Below are positions 62,930-64,000 of a DNA stretch of 64,000 bases, in pieces. Source of the DNA: Rhizobacter sp. Its GTDB lineage: Bacteria; Pseudomonadota; Gammaproteobacteria; Burkholderiales; Burkholderiaceae_C. The translations under genes were made by a program, and so were the position numbers. Every line of letters begins with the position of its first letter. Position 1 is the first letter of the stretch. The notes beneath the pieces were generated by a model. That model did not search any database, was not told the DNA's origin, and saw only the letters and a program-made list of their open reading frames with translations. The stretch spans positions 171,849 to 235,848 of the forward strand of contig JAKFDI010000011.1 in NCBI GenBank assembly GCA_036676235.1. The letters are read 5' to 3'.

Positions 62930-64000
62930 GCGCGCAGGCCAGCCCTTTCGTTCGGCCGGCGGCGCTGGCGGGGCGGCATTTCTCGACCGTGATCGTCGGT
63001 GCCGGCATCAACGGCGCGGGCGTCTTCCGCGACCTGTCGCTGCAGGGCGTCGATTGCCTGATCGTCGACAAGGGCGACTTTGCCGCCGGTGCCAGCAGTG
63101 CGCCGTCGCGAATGATCCACGGGGGCCTGCGCTACCTGGAGCACGGCTCGTTTTCGCTGGTGGCCGAGGCCACGCGCGAGCGCAACCTGCTGCTGCGCAA
63201 TGCGCCGCATCTCGTGCGTCCGTTGAAGACCGTGGTGCCGCTGTCCAACCGCTTCGGCGGCCTGCTCAGCGGCCTGCTGCGCTTCACCGGCCTGTCGATG
63301 TCGCCCCGCGCGCGTGGGCTGCTGGTCGTGGCGGCGGGCCTGCGCCTGTACGACCTGCTGGGCCGCCGCCAGCGTGTGATGCCCGACCACACCATCGAGC
63401 GTGTGCCGCCTCGCGACGGCGCACTGTTTCGCGACAACGTGCGCTGGACCGCCACTTTCTTCGATGCCTGGATCAGCCATCCGGAGTGGCTGATCCTCGA
63501 ACTCATCGGCGACGCCTGCCGCGACCAGCCGGACTCGGTGGCCGCCAACTATTGCCAGGTCATGGGTTGCGAGGGCAAGACGCTCACGCTGCGCGACGAA
63601 CTCACCGGCGAGACCGTGCAGGTCACCGCCGACGCGGTGGTCAACGCGACCGGCGCGTGGCTCGACCGCAGCGCGAGCGTGATGGAAGGCGCCGGCTCGC
63701 GCGTGATGGGCACCAAGGGCTCGCACCTCGTGCTCGACCACCCGCTGCTGCGCCGCCTGCTCGACGAACGCATGGCCTACTTCGAGGCATCGGACGGCCG
63801 GGTGTGCATCGTCTACCCCTTTCTCGGCCGCGTGCTCGTCGGCTCCACCGACATCCCGGTCGACGACCCGGACCAGGCAGCCACCGAACCGGCCGAGGTC
63901 GACTACCTGCTGGGCGTGCTGCGCGAGGTGTTTCCGCGCCTCCCGTTCGAGCGCCGCAACGTGCTGTACACCTATGTCGGCGTGCGGCCCCTGGCCCGCT
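62926..64000 (+). CDS. FAD-dependent glycerol-3-phosphate dehydrogenase-like oxidoreductase (3' partial, runs off window)
   Basis: Hand translation gives MSAQASPF...VIVGAGINGAGVFRDLSLQG...GASSAPSRMIHGGLRYLEHG (GlpD/EryB-type). ATGA overlap with the kinase stop. The frame stays open to the window end. Confidence 0.8.
   Translation, partial: MSAQASPFVRPAALAGRHFSTVIVGAGINGAGVFRDLSLQGVDCLIVDKGDFAAGASSAPSRMIHGGLRYLEHGSFSLVAEATRERNLLLRNAPHLVRPLKTVVPLSNRFGGLLSGLLRFTGLSMSPRARGLLVVAAGLRLYDLLGRRQRVMPDHTIERVPPRDGALFRDNVRWTATFFDAWISHPEWLILELIGDACRDQPDSVAANYCQVMGCEGKTLTLRDELTGETVQVTADAVVNATGAWLDRSASVMEGAGSRVMGTKGSHLVLDHPLLRRLLDERMAYFEASDGRVCIVYPFLGRVLVGSTDIPVDDPDQAATEPAEVDYLLGVLREVFPRLPFERRNVLYTYVGVRPLAR

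Overview
High-GC (roughly two-thirds G+C by eye) chromosomal segment. Gene content and order suggest a betaproteobacterium of the Burkholderiales, Comamonadaceae/Variovorax-like; this taxon call is inference only. About 60 protein genes, one tRNA-Ser(GCU) and several hairpin terminators can be supported. I saw no rRNA, CRISPR array, transposase, integrase or prophage. Most of the window is core housekeeping: cspA-like, clpS-clpA, lpxH-ppiB-ppiA/cysS, accA, tilS, lysC, dusA, aceA, ygfZ, mltG-tmk-holB-pilZ-tatD and nadE. It also holds a spuABC/puu-like polyamine catabolic operon, and a divergent sugar/polyol ABC-transporter plus kinase/dehydrogenase locus at the 3' end. Six places deserve a second look. 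(1) A small, compositionally atypical islet at 45.6-47.2 kb has an orphan T6SS hcp gene, an 80-aa unknown ORF and a phage-like HTH gene, with no other T6SS genes in the window. (2) A ~1,930-aa soluble hybrid histidine kinase carries nine in-frame 276-bp HAMP repeats that are near-identical in protein but diverged at synonymous sites; it overlaps a second hybrid kinase and has a sigma-54-like promoter upstream. (3) A ~1,500-aa lipoprotein combines LVIVD and YVTN-type propellers, Ig-like, LamG and PKD domains and a di-haem peroxidase-like domain, and its C-terminal ricin lectin domain is broken by a frameshift. (4) A translationally coupled cluster of unknown function sits after tRNA-Ser and includes two paralogous 3-TM mini-proteins. 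(5) An array of GTCTT/AAGAC half-sites lies upstream of aceA. (6) TGTCAT/ATGACA inverted repeats lie in the sugar-locus divergent promoter. I cannot show that any of these is a new system. All functional calls rest on motif recognition by eye, not database searches.
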